Assembly (NCBI GenBank): GCA_965207375.1
Contig: CBDBMG010000003.1
Coordinates: 160,001 to 224,000, forward strand
Direction of reading: 5' to 3'
Origin: Nitrosopumilaceae archaeon
Lineage (GTDB): Archaea > Thermoproteota > Nitrososphaeria > Nitrososphaerales > Nitrosopumilaceae
Length of the DNA stretch: 64,000 bases
This document shows, piece after piece, positions 13,796-26,522 of the stretch. The stretch's first letter is position 1. Every line of letters starts with the position of its first letter. The notes beneath the pieces were generated by a model, which saw nothing but the letters and a program-made list of their open reading frames with translations, ran no database searches and had not been told where the DNA came from. The position numbers and the translations under genes are program-made.

Positions 13796-14045
13796 TGTGA
13801 CTGGTTCTGCGAATCCTCCATGTTAGCGTGCAAATTTTGACCCATTTTTAGAACTGTAAAATCTCATAACTCTCTTACTATTCCATGTAATGTTGTAAAA
13901 ACTTGCATATTAATTGATAAATGATCCAGCTACATGTTAAATATAAAGCAATTAAAAATTAATGCAACTATCAGGATTTTACAGCTGTTTGTATGAAGCT
14001 ATGTAAAATACACTAACATGGAGGTTTTTCGCAGAGCCAGTCACA
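13796..14045. mobile_element. TA-flanked MITE (TGTGAC termini)
   Basis: TIRs TGTGACTGGTTCTGCGAA..CCTCCATGTTAG / CTAACATGGAGG..TTCGCAGAGCCAGTCACA. Confidence 0.8.
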
Positions 14046-16107
14046 TACGTATATAGATATTAGTTTGTTTGCTAATCACCATTTTCACAAATTCATCTGT
14101 TTATAGAATTCAAATTCATCACAATTCAATACTTCTCAAAACATTGTCATCATTACATATTGATCATAATTCTATCATATTCATCTTGTCAATGTGACTA
14201 TTCTTGTTAGCAAATAACTAAAATTCCCCTGGTGGCTCACAGTGGCAAAAATCACCAGGGAATAACATTGATAAAATACTCAATTGAATTAAATAATTAT
14301 ATACCAAATGGTTTAGCGTGGCAAAAACCATGGGCAGGGGAGTTTACTTCAAGACTCAACTCCCACAAAGGGCTGACAGGCAACAAACTGAAGAGGTGCA
14401 AAACCATGAGGGAATTATGCCTCCACAAACAAGCTGACAACTGTTCTAATAAATGGCGAGTAGCTAAAGCTATAGTAGTACTACTTCTGTTGGTTGTCCT
14501 GACAGCTATAATATCTCTTAAAGTTCTCAAACTCCGGTTGTTTATGTGATTAGAGCGGTTTGCACACCTTGCAAAAAACTGCAGACGCTTTTCAAATTTT
14601 GCATTTGCGTTCATCATTTTGTTAATGTATAGAACAAAGTTGATGCTGCTGTACAGTGATATGGTAGTTATAGCTGTTAACTAAACGAACATACACCTAT
14701 GTTAACCATCATAGACTGCTGATATTCTGAAATATTAAACAAGCATGCTGCTCACTTGGTGCTGCTCATAAAAACTTTTTAAAGGTTTGCGCAAACCGCA
14801 GTAGCTACACTATCGCGCTGCACATGCAGTTTCTCTATCGCCACCCATACACTCAGTTTTCGTTGATAGGAACTGCGTACTTCACTTTCTTTCCCTGTTA
14901 AGTGAAAATCTTTTATTTTGTTCTTCAGTACATACGTATGTATTTCTCCATGGCAAAAAATAATGTCATAATACAACAAATGCAAACGAATACATATATT
15001 AGAGTTCCCCAAATAGCTAAGAAGCAACATTTTGTTTTGTGATGTCATTTTGAAAAAGGCTAATAAAGGCTTGTTGATTGATGACAATCATGTGCAAACC
15101 ATTCACACATAGTCTGGTCTGCCTAGTATAGAAGGTACACATTTACGTATGTCACAGTTAATGTTAAACAGTTATGTAGTAATGCACCATGTTTGTGAGG
15201 CAGAAATGTTCGAAAGTATGTTGCAACAGAGAATATACTGAGGAATATAAAGAAACACTTATGAGGATTGGTTTCTACCTTGTATCGCTGCTTGTTTAGT
15301 TGTATCAAAACCCTATAATAATTGAATCAAGTGCAGCTAACCATCTCAGCATATTACAATTAACGAACCATCCCAGGCTTTGCTTCATGTTCTAACCCTC
15401 TTAGAGTTGTGTGTTGATGAGGAACTTGCACGACTATAAGGGAAGAAGGTTTTCTATAAGTACTGGTAAAGGAACCACTGTTTTTAGGTGACGAAACACA
15501 TAGCATTTTACCAAATCCGGTGGGTAAAAACTGCTAGAACATCATTTCTCTCGACAAAATTCTTAATTAGTTTTCTCCTTGATAGTATCATAGCCTAAGG
15601 AAGATACTACAGTCCTGATAACGATATCACAAACATCAATCATGGCCAAACAATTTGATGGAAAACAACTTGATATATTTACCATCTAAAAACCAGGCTT
15701 TACATACCGTTTATCTATCACTATCGTTATGTATGTGGAGATGTCACAACATGAGCATAGATTCCTCACTAGGGCATGCATAGTTAATTTGTTGATTTTG
15801 AAGTTTAAATTGGCTTTAAACTTAGTTTCTTGGTGATTTAATAGTGGTAAGAACTTGTTTTAAGTCAAAACTCTTAGCTGTACCTTTGATCAGCCCACGC
15901 AAAATGTAATAAGACCTAGGCCACTCCAAATATATTTCCTGTTTCCCGTTCACCACCCGCATCTGTTTCCTGTCAACACTATTCTTCCATTATCTATGGT
16001 TTTTCTCAAAAAACAATATCAATTTAGCTATCTCTTGAACTATTTATGACCTAAAAAATAATGGAATGGAAAATGTACCTCCCGCCTGCATGCTTTTATA
16101 TATAGTT

Positions 16108-17137
16108 CAGTGGCGTAGGAACTGTAGCGGCCACAGCGGTTTTGGCCGCTGCACTTTTACAATCCATTAAAAATTTTATTAAAAATTAGTCTGCTGATGA
16201 GAGCGAACACCAAGTTAAAGGGACTATGCGCTGTTTACGAAGCCGTTTAAGTGTATTTGTATATAATGTCTGCGTAATAGGTACTATACCTTATATGGAA
16301 TTATTTCGTGCCATGGATACCCATGTCCAGCTTCGCACAGCTTCCTCAGATGATATTGAAGAGGTAGTTTTTAACTGTAATCGGCGCCTTTGTTATATCC
16401 GCGGGGCATTCTTTATCATGAGCGTTTGTTATATCAATAGTGAATCGCGTGATTTTCTTGGCCCAAAAAATCACGTGCGCCTTAAAAACCTAAAAGGCTT
16501 CCTAAACAGCGCATAGTCCCTTTTATTATTTCATCGTGCGCATAGTATTGTTACCTCGTGTTTCTATTAGTACTGTACATGTCGGTTGAATGTTTCCGTG
16601 TTCTAGTAGCCATAGTGCAGAGAACAACTCCAGTTTCGTTCTTCCAAAGCAGGCTCACCAGCCACAAAGGTATTCTTGGCTACTGACTAATTGATCCAAT
16701 AATTATACCCTAACACTGTTTATAGCTTTGTAAAATTTTTATTTCGTCGCGTTAAATAAAAATTTTCTTGGAGGGGGCATGCCCCCAGTCTGTACACATG
16801 GACTGAAATCTAGGTTCAGTAACTATAAATATAATTATATAGAAATAATTAGCTATATATACACATGGGAATACAGTTTGAGCCCTTCAGTAATAGCACA
16901 AAATAGTGACTAAATTCAATCCTGTGACATGTAATTTTCAAAAATTTCCTGGGGGGGCATGCCCCCAGACCCCCCTAGGGGCTCCATGCTTCGCATGTTC
17001 GGTTGTGTGCTTCGCACACAATTGGATCTATCTCATCAGGTTCAGCATAATCAGCCCCCCACTTTAAAATTACATTTCCGCTAGAGTCTACCAGCACAAT
17101 TGGCCTCTCCACTTTTATTTTGCTTCCTACGCCACTG
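16108..17137. mobile_element. CAGTGGCG-terminus non-autonomous DNA transposon with a 5-bp TSD
   Basis: TIRs CAGTGGCGTAGGAA / TTCCTACGCCACTG. TSD TAGTT on both sides. Confidence 0.82.
16219..16521. mobile_element. Kolobok-like MITE (TTAA target)
   Basis: TIRs AGGGACTATGCGCTGTTTA / TAAACAGCGCATAGTCCCT. Flanks are TTAA and TTTA. Confidence 0.75.
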
Positions 17138-17689
17138 TAGTTCAATGGAGGACAGGAAACAGGAAATATATTTAGAGTGGCCTTATTGTATTTTGTGTGG
17201 TAGATCAAAAGGTACAACAGTTCTTTATATGCCATAAAGTGCCACAAAATGTCAAGAGGTAGTTATAGAACTGTGGTTAGTAGTTATAGAATGGTAGAGT
17301 AGTTATAGAACTGCGGCAAATTTACACATTTATATCAAATATGTACATTATACCTTTCATTTATACAATGTCTTGCATGCCAAGTTAAGATGGATATCTT
17401 GCCAAGTTAAGGTGATTGGATATCTGGGTGATTTATAGGGTAACTATAGTGCCACTATAGTTGCATTACACACAGCACTAGCTATAGCTACTGGAGTATA
17501 AATAGCTATCAATAAAGTTTTAAAAAAGAGCTTGGACATTTGAAAGATCAAAATTAATGACCTTTGGGTGCCACTGAAACAGCCCAGTTATAGTTGACAA
17601 ATGTCAGACTGATTATAATTGTCTCTCCCTTTTGTATAATTTCATGCACTACTGATGACACCATGGTTATTTTATAGAATGTACAGGAC

Positions 17690-18680
17690 AATTCATTGAT
17701 GAGTCAGTATAATCGTGTTGTAGTCGTGGAAAATTTTTTGATACCATGTTATGAACTGCTGCATGCTGGATACAAGAAGACGTTTGAGAAGGTATAGCAA
17801 TGTGCGTAATAAGCTGGCTATATTCTGTTGTAGTTTGTGTTTGTAGATTTCATCTTTATATTATGGTATACCACGAAGTAGCTAACAGATGAAGCTTTCG
17901 TTAGCATGTATGACATTTTCTCAAAAGAAGAAGGTACAGCATACATATTAACCATGTTCCCATGAAACCTATCATATCAAACAATTTCTTTTCAAGGCTT
18001 CAGGTCAAAACGCATGAGAATGCTGGTTGTTGCTGCATGCATAGTTCTATTTTGTAATTGATATGAGACACCTATCAGATGGAGAATAGAAGTGGATTCT
18101 GCATGCCATTGACTACTGGACAGAATTCAACTTTGTATTTCCCCTCCATCAAATGAAGCAGAATCCATTGCTACTGTCTTTAGAACATACGTCTTCCCAT
18201 ACTTTGGTGTGCCTAAAATTTTGCATTCAGATAATGGAAGGGAGTTTGCTAACAGTATAATTGAGTGCCTTATAGAATTATGGCACACCAATATACAAAA
18301 TCATACATGATTGACCTTGACATCCACAAACACAAGGAGTAGAGAGAGCACACTGAACACTCAAGCAGAAGTTGGCCACTCAAGAAGATACAGGATGGTC
18401 AAGGATGTTACCTCGTGTTATTTGTAAGATAAACTTAACATTACTGTATAGCTTTAAATGGTGAAACATTGACAATATACGTAAGTATAGCAATGGTAAT
18501 ATTACTAACAAATTATACGTTTTACTTATGGTTTCCATTTCATGAATACTCAAGTATATGAAACTACTGGGCACTCTCTGTACAAATTGGGTTTTGGACA
18601 GAAACCTCATCCAGTTTTATTTGCTGGAGCCAAGAGGATTTCAGTTGTAAATGAAGAAGATGTGGGATTGCTTTTGAGGA
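17690..18680 (+). mobile_element. Degenerate Ginger2/KRBA2-SCAND3-like integrase (rve) with introns
   Basis: Fragments HAGYKKTFEK, MKPIISNNFFSRLQ, KWILHAID, FGVPKILHSDNGREFAN and HPQTQG.(V)ERAH, some separated by GT-AG introns. Confidence 0.72.
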
Positions 18681-19615
18681 TATTGGTGTAAGTGAAGTGA
18701 ATTAGCTAGCTACGTAGCTCAGTATGTCAAGGTATGATATTTAATGTTAGTAGTTGCTACAGGCTATAGCTATATACAGTAAGGTTAGGCAATACTTTAA
18801 TATTATCACCAATCAGAATCGTTAGCATGCAATAATATTACATGTGCAATAATTATTACATGTGCAATATTATTGCACATATTGCAGTGCATAAAGTAAA
18901 ATTTCATTTCAAAAAGTGTACATGAAAATTTCAATACAAAGCAAATGAATGACCACGCTCACAAAAATACGGAAAATATATTACGCCTACGGGAAGAATG
19001 TCTTGTAGATTTTCGTTAATTACAGCGCATAGAAAGAATGCACACTTCTATATCGCTTAGAAACGGAAGTATGAACATTTTGTTATACTGTTTATTGTCA
19101 GCAAAGTAGCCTCACTAGCCTTGCTATAGTCGCCATTCCACAACAAAGTGCGGCTATGGATATAAATGCCCAATACATATTGTATTGTGGGATTTGCCCG
19201 CAGAGTTATAATGTTGTGTTTATAGTTACCTTGAGGTGTATTACACAAATATCGCTTGGAAATATAATCTTTGTTGATATTAAATTACAATAGTTTCATA
19301 GATGTGCTTAAAATCACAGCCAAAATAGCCGCCAAAACCTAGAACACGTTGCTAATGGTGATTCACCTAAAGTTTCTTGTCTTGTCGCTTGTTTCTTGTC
19401 TTCAATGGCTGCATTATCCGCTGGTAACGAAGTACGTATGTTCGCTGGAAATAAACAAGTTAGTAACCAGGAAGTAATTAATTAGCATAACAAAGGTTGT
19501 ATGGCTTGCAGTTATGTTTTCGTGGTTTGTGGCATGTACTGTGACAAACGTTAACAAATGGTAATACAATGTGTTACAAAAAATAAATTAACAACCATAC
19601 ACCTGTTCACTAAAA

Positions 19616-20531
19616 TTGCTTAGTTATTTTCTGTACAACATCAGTCATCCAACCAAGTATGGTGTGCCACAATTATATCTATCGGATGAAGTAAATATTG
19701 AAGCACCAGGATCATTGTCACACAATCAGTTGTTAGTTGAAAAGGTTTTATGCAAGACCTTTAACCACTGCAAATGCGATGTTGTTATTAGTGATCGTTT
19801 CAGATCCTTGTTTACCAATAAACTGTTGAGAATTGGAAGAACTATGCACAAGCTAGGTGGACGGGGAAGGGCTAACCAAGTTGAAAACTGGAAGGAAACA
19901 AACTGGTCACTTATACTACATCCAAATGAAATTGTACCCAGGACAAAAAACAGAAAGTAGAAAATGTTTTTGTACAAGCTCAAGCAAAGAAAATTGGACG
20001 ACTACAAGAAGATTTAGGAAACTGTCAGCAATTATTATAAAGGATGCCAACATAAAGCTACAGAAAGCACAGGAAAAACACAAACAACTTGCTACATCAC
20101 TTGGTCCCAAGGTAACTAAGCATAATAAATCTTGGTCACAATACAGTACACAATACAAGAGTCAACAGAAAAAGCAGATAGCAAGCAATGTATGCATATC
20201 ACTAAAATTCACAGAAAATACCCATTTTCAACCATCAAACGTAGAAATGAGAAATATCGAGACTAACGAAATGTTATCAATACACCAAGATGGCTCAATT
20301 ACATTAATAAAACCACAACGTACATCAGAAAATAATAATACTATCACTAAACAAACCTTATATGTAAAGGAAAGGTTCAATATTTCTGACAAAGCATATC
20401 ATGAACTATCTATAGTCCATCCATCATTACCACGCTGGTTAACCTTAAATAAAACATCCAAAGAAATGGACTGTAATAGTACCATTTGTCCTACATCAGG
20501 GCCAATTCTAGGAATACAGCAATCACTTAAA
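19616..20531 (+). pseudogene. N-terminal fragment of a transposase-like protein (possibly Transib/RAG1-like), truncated by a MITE
   Basis: Frameshifted ORFs contain LYVKERFNISDKAYHELS..PSLPR, a motif I recall from the N-terminal part of invertebrate RAG1/Transib-like proteins. No catalytic region is present. Confidence 0.4.
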
Positions 20532-20533
20532 TA

Positions 20534-21328
20534 CGGTACAGCTCGATTTAAACTTTAAGAACACACGCATGTGCAACTGCACGCGCACTGCACGAGCATA
20601 GAAATATTCGCTACGTGCTCGCGAGTGCACTGGAGATTAATGACGTATAAACCGCCCGTGGAGAGTAACAACACTCGTTACGAGTTATGCACTCGAGACT
20701 CGTGTATCTCGGCGTGCATTTAGCTCGTAACGTGAATGAACCTGTTACTCGACTAGGGATAACAATAAAACAATATAAAGCCGTACTGTATGAACGTACG
20801 TACTTTGTAACTGGCTGAAACTTAAACTGCATCAATAAGGACACTTCGCACGCCCTCCTACATCTGTCCGCATCACGTGCATCAGTGGTTCTAATTAATG
20901 GCGCAGTAACACGTGTCAGTTGAAGTTGTTATCCCTCAGTCTATGAGCCTTTTACGAACAGAAGAAATGGAATATCCACAAGAGAACAAAGTTATTGCAC
21001 GCAATCCATCATGAATGGACCATCTTTAAACCGTGCACGTAAGTTTGACGAACGTGCATGTTAGGATTGTCGTCTCGTGCGCTTGCACACTGAACAGAGT
21101 TACTGGTGGTGATCAAAATTCCTTAGTGAATGTGCGTGGATTGTAACGTGCGTCCATGCACGTACGTACGCAAACATGTTAGGCAACGTCATACGTGCGT
21201 GTATGGCTCGCGAAATTCTCGTGCAATTCTCTACAGACATGCACGATTTTGAAAAATACTCGAGAGGAGCTACGAAATACACGCGTGTCACCTGCACGCG
21301 TGCTTCAAGTTTAAATCGAGCTGTACCG
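20534..21328. mobile_element. TA-flanked MITE (Tc1/mariner/pogo-type ends)
   Basis: Perfect TIRs CGGTACAGCTCGATTTAAACTT / AAGTTTAAATCGAGCTGTACCG, with TA on both flanks. Confidence 0.88.
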
Positions 21329-21330
21329 TA

Positions 21331-22281
21331 CCTGAAACCTTGAGCACAGGAAGATCTGAATCACTATTCTCTGACTCATCTTCTACCCAATTAGAGTTTC
21401 CTGTCCTTTTCCGTGGTTTTCTCACATCAGCACTAGGGCGGTGCTGTTTATTAGAGTGACACACTTTGGCAATGTGGCCTTTTTTCCACAATTGCGACAT
21501 ATAACCTCTTTAAAATAGCAAGCTGAAGGGCTGTGGCCTTGTTTACCACAACGATAACATGGTTGGAGTGGCTTACCATTGCGTGTAAACTTGTTTACTT
21601 CGACAGACTCCGCCTTTTTAAATTGTTGGGATTTCTTATCCACTGCTTCAATGCTTTCGCAATTTCCACGGCCCGTTTGAAAGTTAACTCTGCTTCAGTG
21701 AGGATTTTTTCTGGGTAGGTTCACTACGCAATCCGCAGACGAAGCGATCCCTTAGCACTTCCTCAAGGTAATCACCAAAGTCACAGTTAATTGTCAGTTT
21801 ACGAAGTTTGGCTACATAATCTGCTAAGCTCTCGTCCGGGGCTTGGTTTCTTCTGTGGAAGCTAAACCTCTCGGCGATAATTACTTTATTTGGCTCGAAA
21901 TGCTTCTTTAACTTTGCTGTCAATTCAGTGAAGGATTTCTCCTGCGGCTTTGCTGGTGATAACAAGTTACGGAGTAGAGCGTAAATATTTCCTCCTGCGA
22001 CACTAAGAAAGACTGCAACCTTCTTCTCGTCAGCAATAGAGTTCGCCAGAAAAAATATCTCCACATGTTCAAGGTAATTTGAAATAGTTTCTTTCTCCGG
22101 CGAAAATTCTTCTAATCTACTGAAGGATGCCATAATTTCACCACCTTGTCGCCAATTGTGATAATTGTACGTGGTCAAAGGGATACAATACGACACCCAA
22201 GGGAAAGACTTCATTCATACACGCATGCGTACAACAGTATTACGACATCCGTAAAACACTGTATATCTACATTACACTACA
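21331..22281 (-). mobile_element. 5' part of a Ty3/gypsy LTR retrotransposon (LTR, PBS, frameshifted gag)
   Basis: LTR 22281-22157 (TGTAGT...TCACA), PBS TGGCGACAAGG, gag from 22133 (MASFSRLEEF..RNQAPDES..LRDRFVCGL), and zinc knuckles CYRCGKQGHSPSAC and CRNCGKKGHIAKVC. Confidence 0.9.
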
Positions 22282-22322
22282 ATCTAACCGTAGGATATAA
22301 AATCATTGCAAGAACAATTACA

Positions 22323-22529
22323 TAGAATGATAGAAAATTAAAAATTCGAAAGGTAAGTAGGGATTGAATTCAATAGTGCTACCAAAAGTAGGGATTAAAC
22401 TTTTATAAATTATCTCATGCCAGAATGTTCTCTCATCCAAAATCTTATTCCTTGTTTCCTTACTTTTTGTAGCACTATTGAATTCAATCCCTACTTACCT
22501 TTTGAATTTTTAATTTTTTTATCATTCTA
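22323..22529. repeat. Palindromic (hairpin) MITE with arms of about 70 bp
   Basis: TAGAATGATAGAAAATTAAAAATTC..GTAAGTAGGGATTGAATTCAATAGTGCTAC is mirrored at 22460-22529. Confidence 0.85.
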
Positions 22530-23196
22530 GTTTGTTTGCTTTTTATATATGCTACGCATTCATAATACATACTAATCTTTCAGCAGGCGCACAAAATGTT
22601 ACAGGCACTTACGTAATAATTATGCTTATTTACAGGCGCTTGTTAACAACGCGCTTACATGGCAAGGCAGCTGTGTGATAGCAAATAACGCTCAAAAAAC
22701 AGCAAGACTATTTGTCCAAGGCTATAATCTTGAAGTTCACGATGTAATAAAGTACAGGCGAGTACACACGAAAATGCCACTGTAACTAATTATATCACAT
22801 GCAAGCTAGGTTTTTGTGTGACATAATAAGCAGAAGCCGTTACAGGCTATCATCACCTTCGGTGAGATTTATACCTTGCTAAAGGAATATAGAAGAACAA
22901 GGAAGGGAATGAAGGATAAAAGGAATCGCCATGGCGCAGTGTGTAAATCGTCTTCGGAATAACATTTTCGTAAATCCGTCGCCATTACCTTTATTATGTG
23001 AAATTGCTGGAGCCCTACACCTAGCACAACCGGGTCTTATGGCAGGCTGGCTGGCAGACGAAATCCAGTTAATTTTTGAAAACTTCAAAATTCACTATAG
23101 ATCAAAAGTATCAACTTTTCGCTTCGTTTAATAAAGGTGCAGCATTATTATTCAGTAAAAGAAAGCTGATGGAGTAGATGAGAGAATGTTACCCAC

Positions 23197-23417
23197 TACC
23201 GTATAACTTTTGACAAGTTAAAGTTTTGATAACTTGTCAAATTTTTACATTTCACAAAAAATGTATTGACGAAAGTTTCTGTTTCCACGATCATAAGTAC
23301 CAGTATAGCAGCACTACGTATGTTCTGTAGTCCATACATCAAAAGAATTTTGACGAAATAGACAAAATTTTGTCAAATTTGTCAATTTTAACTGTCAAAA
23401 TTTTATGCTATACGGTA
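23197..23417. mobile_element. TACCGTATA-terminus MITE
   Basis: TACCGTATA / TATACGGTA ends and internal TTTGAC/GTCAAA repeats. A degenerate relative lies at about 39886-40085. Confidence 0.65.
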
Positions 23418-23597
23418 CTATAGAGGAAAAAAGCATAAACACCGCTATTTTGGATTATGATTATATAGATATACTATATAATTATAGGTATGCTGTCTGG
23501 AACTCTGCAATTATAATATATGTATAATGGCATCTTTGTTCAGGTATAATAAAAGCTTAATATCACTCTATTGCTAACTATAAATATACCTACATAC

Positions 23598-24614
23598 CTG
23601 TGACTTCTGTTCATTAGACACTTCAGCCCACCATACAATGGGACTCATCCCATCACGACTGCTCTTCTGACTACACACATCTTTTACCCTCTTGATTGTC
23701 ATGGAAACCTGTGCCACTGGGGGATGATTCTTTGGACTGTCATTCAAGCAAGACATCACCAATGGCTTCAGATCTGCAGCATCTCCGGTCATCTTGTCCA
23801 AGTATTCTTGACGTCTTTTCACCTCAGACATCACCTCCCTCCTACCAGTGTCAGGATTAAACTCTATTGGGTCAGTGGGTTGAGGCCATAGCTGGGTAGT
23901 TACATTAAGGATAACTCCTCCATATGAAAACACATCTAATGAAGGGCCGTACACTGGCCTTATGCTCAATGCCTCAGGAGGCATGAAATCTGGTGTGCCT
24001 GGAAGTTTAGTCATTGTCTTTTGATTATCACTCTTCATCACTTTAGCAACACCCAGGTCAGTGATCTTGGCTTCAAGGCGATAGCCCAGTAGTATATTAT
24101 TAGGAGTAAGATCTCTATGGACAATTGGAGGATTCCTGCTATGGAGGTACCTTAGACCGAGGCACACTTCATCCAATATGTACAGCTTTACATTCAATGG
24201 AATGTTATCATATTTTTCCACCAGACCTCTCAGGCTATGCTGCATCTTCTCCATTACCATAACAGGTAATCTGTACTGGCCCATTGCGGGATAGTACACT
24301 CCTAATGACGTCACAATCACAATCATTACACTACTAATATCACACTACCTAGAAACTGAACGACGCATGGGTGACGGAGCGTACTCCAGATTTGACACTC
24401 GCTAAGAAAGTCGTCTTTTATCTTTTGAAGGTCATCGCCTTTTGCATATTGCAGTAATACTGAGGGCGTGTAACTCCTTGGCGGCACAAAGTGTTCCTTC
24501 GTAGTTGACCTCAAAGACTCTCCCATAAGCACCAACACCAATTTCTTTTCCTGTCGGATGGACTCCACGAAGCATAAGCGAACCCCAGTTAGCAGCAACA
24601 GTGCCAGAGGCCAT
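23598..24614 (-). pseudogene. TKL/Drk-like serine/threonine protein kinase, frameshifted
   Basis: Exons 24614-24349 and 24301-23598 (47-nt GT-AG intron). Motifs IGVGAYG, CAAKE, HRDLTPNN, KITDLG, GTPDFMPPE, DVFSYG. An apparent 4-nt insertion at about 24458-24461 shifts the frame after KELHAL. Confidence 0.88.
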
Positions 24615-25053
24615 TGTTTACTGCTTACTGAGCCGGAAACGAATTCTAGTGGCCAAAAATTTATAAGGCGTGGCTCCTAGTCTCGCGTAGCTAGCCCGCT
24701 TTTTTCCGCTCCCACAAATAAAAACTGAAAAAAGCGGGCTGGCTACGCGAGACTACGTGGCTCCCGAATGTTTTCGCGTTGATTTTTTTCGCGCAGGCGT
24801 TATCGATTAGAGATGATAAACGCCCGCGCTAATCGATCCTTTTCTAAGCGTAGATAGTATAACTAATATTTGCTATTCAGGAACAAGGTAAACTAGTAAA
24901 CGTTAATACTCGATAAACCCGTATCCGTAATAACGTAAACTCCAAGGATTTGTTATGGTGTGTACTAATTAGAATATAATCTTTACTAAGTTTGTAATTC
25001 AACATTACATATTGGAGTATATTTACGTGTATAGGGTTGCTCATACTATCACC
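24615..25053. promoter_or_regulatory. Putative bidirectional promoter and 5' UTR region between the kinase and RALGAPB
   Basis: Divergent ATGs about 440 bp apart. CpG-richer sequence, a CCGGAA (ETS-like) site near 24633, and an AG acceptor at 25034. Confidence 0.5.
24678..24755. mobile_element. 78-bp palindromic MITE with a 9-bp TSD (AcademH-like TAG...CTA ends)
   Basis: TAGTCTCGCGTAGC.AGCCCGCTTTTTTC / GAAAAAAGCGGGCTGGCTACGCGAGACTA. TSD CGTGGCTCC at 24669-24677 and 24756-24764. Confidence 0.88.
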
Positions 25054-26392
25054 ATGTATTCAGAATGGATCTTACATAGTTGTGAAATAGATGCAAGTGC
25101 TGACTCTTCAGCTAACAATGCCCTCAAGTCATATACCCCAGAAGTGGGCCGCCAAGTCGTCATGGCAATCATTCAGCCATTAATGGAGTCATTAAACAAC
25201 AAGGAGGGTGGATCATGTGAGCTGAATAGTCATGAAGAAGTGAAGTGGACAATGCAAGTAATAGGACATGGCTTAACACTTCCATTACAAGATCGTACAG
25301 TGATACAATTGTGTATAGAGATCTACCAGAACTGGCTCAGTCCACTGTTCTTTGTCAAAAAATCGGTACCTGATCCTATCTTACAAACACCAGAAGTTTA
25401 CGCTCAACAAATCTTCAAACATTTTTATGCTTTGTTTGTGCCACGCGAGAAGGAGCCACAATTTTTAGAAGACCATCTGACACTGTGTAAAAGGATATTA
25501 GACATCATGCATAGGATTTGTGTGGAAACAAAAATCAGTAGGGAGACTTGGAACGTCATTCTTTCACTGTTGCTGAAGATTGCCGATGATCTGCTAGCTC
25601 CACCAACAGTGACAAAAAGCCTGGGGAATTCTCTGTGTGAACAACTGATCCATACCATATTCAACTTGTGGCTGAGAGCAAGTGTGCACTACTTTCCAAC
25701 ACCATCACTATGGAAATCATTACGGGAGCTGTGCATCACATGGCGACACCACCCTCAAGTGATTGCCGAGTGGAATAAGATAATGTACAGTATGACAGCA
25801 TGTGTTGTTGTACAGCTGTATGGACCATTCAACATGCCAAGGGATGTTAATGACGAACATCAGGATTATGCCCAATCACTAGCCCTATTAAAGAATGATG
25901 CTCTAGTCCAGTGTTGGTACCGAATGTTACACACACTCGGCAACCTTGTGGAGCTTTCTTATCCTCATGTTATAAGTCTTAATCCTAAATTCCGGGAGGC
26001 AGCCATTTTGGAGCAGCAGTCTAAAGATGGCCGTCATGATTGTCTTAAACTGCTACCTAACATCTTCCATCAAGCGATGAAAGGTGTTGCTGCACTGGTA
26101 GACCTATTCCTGAGTGTGAATAATCATTTATCTGATGTACCACCATCAGTTAATCCCACCCCACCTCACCCAACTAAGAAGGAAGTGAAGTTGGATGGTA
26201 GTTCTAGCAAGTTGAAGACCTCATGGAGTAAGACAGTACACAGTGTTGTACCAATGTCAGTGGGCACACCTGGTGTGTATACATCCCCAAGCAGTGAAGG
26301 GACAAAACTACAACATGCATTAGCTGATGTTGCAACTGTAGCTAGCAGGTCTCCCGTTAAATCGACAATAGCGTTACCTGCTAGACCCAATG
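25054..26392 (+). CDS. RALGAPB: RALGAPB first coding exon
   Basis: MYSEW..SYTPEVGRQV..EVKWTMQVIGHGLTLPL..FPTPSLWK..WRHH..QCWYRMLH. Donor AATG|GT at 26392. Confidence 0.92.
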
Positions 26393-26522
26393 GTGTGTGC
26401 GTGTGTGTGTGTATGCATGTGTATGCGTGCGTGTGTGCATGCAAGCCAGTGTGTATCAGTGTGTATGTGATGTTTTTGTTTTGTTTATTGATATGACAGT
26501 CTTAGTACTGATTTGTTGGCAG

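Larger units (their letters stand above)
15918..17183. mobile_element. Outer MITE of a three-level nest
   Basis: TIRs AGGCCACTCCAAATATATTTCCTGTTTCC / GGAAACAGGAAATATATTTAGAGTGGCCT. Confidence 0.82.

Noticed and set aside
14232-15308. Short ORFs on both strands
   Set aside because: No recognizable motifs or splice-consistent structure.
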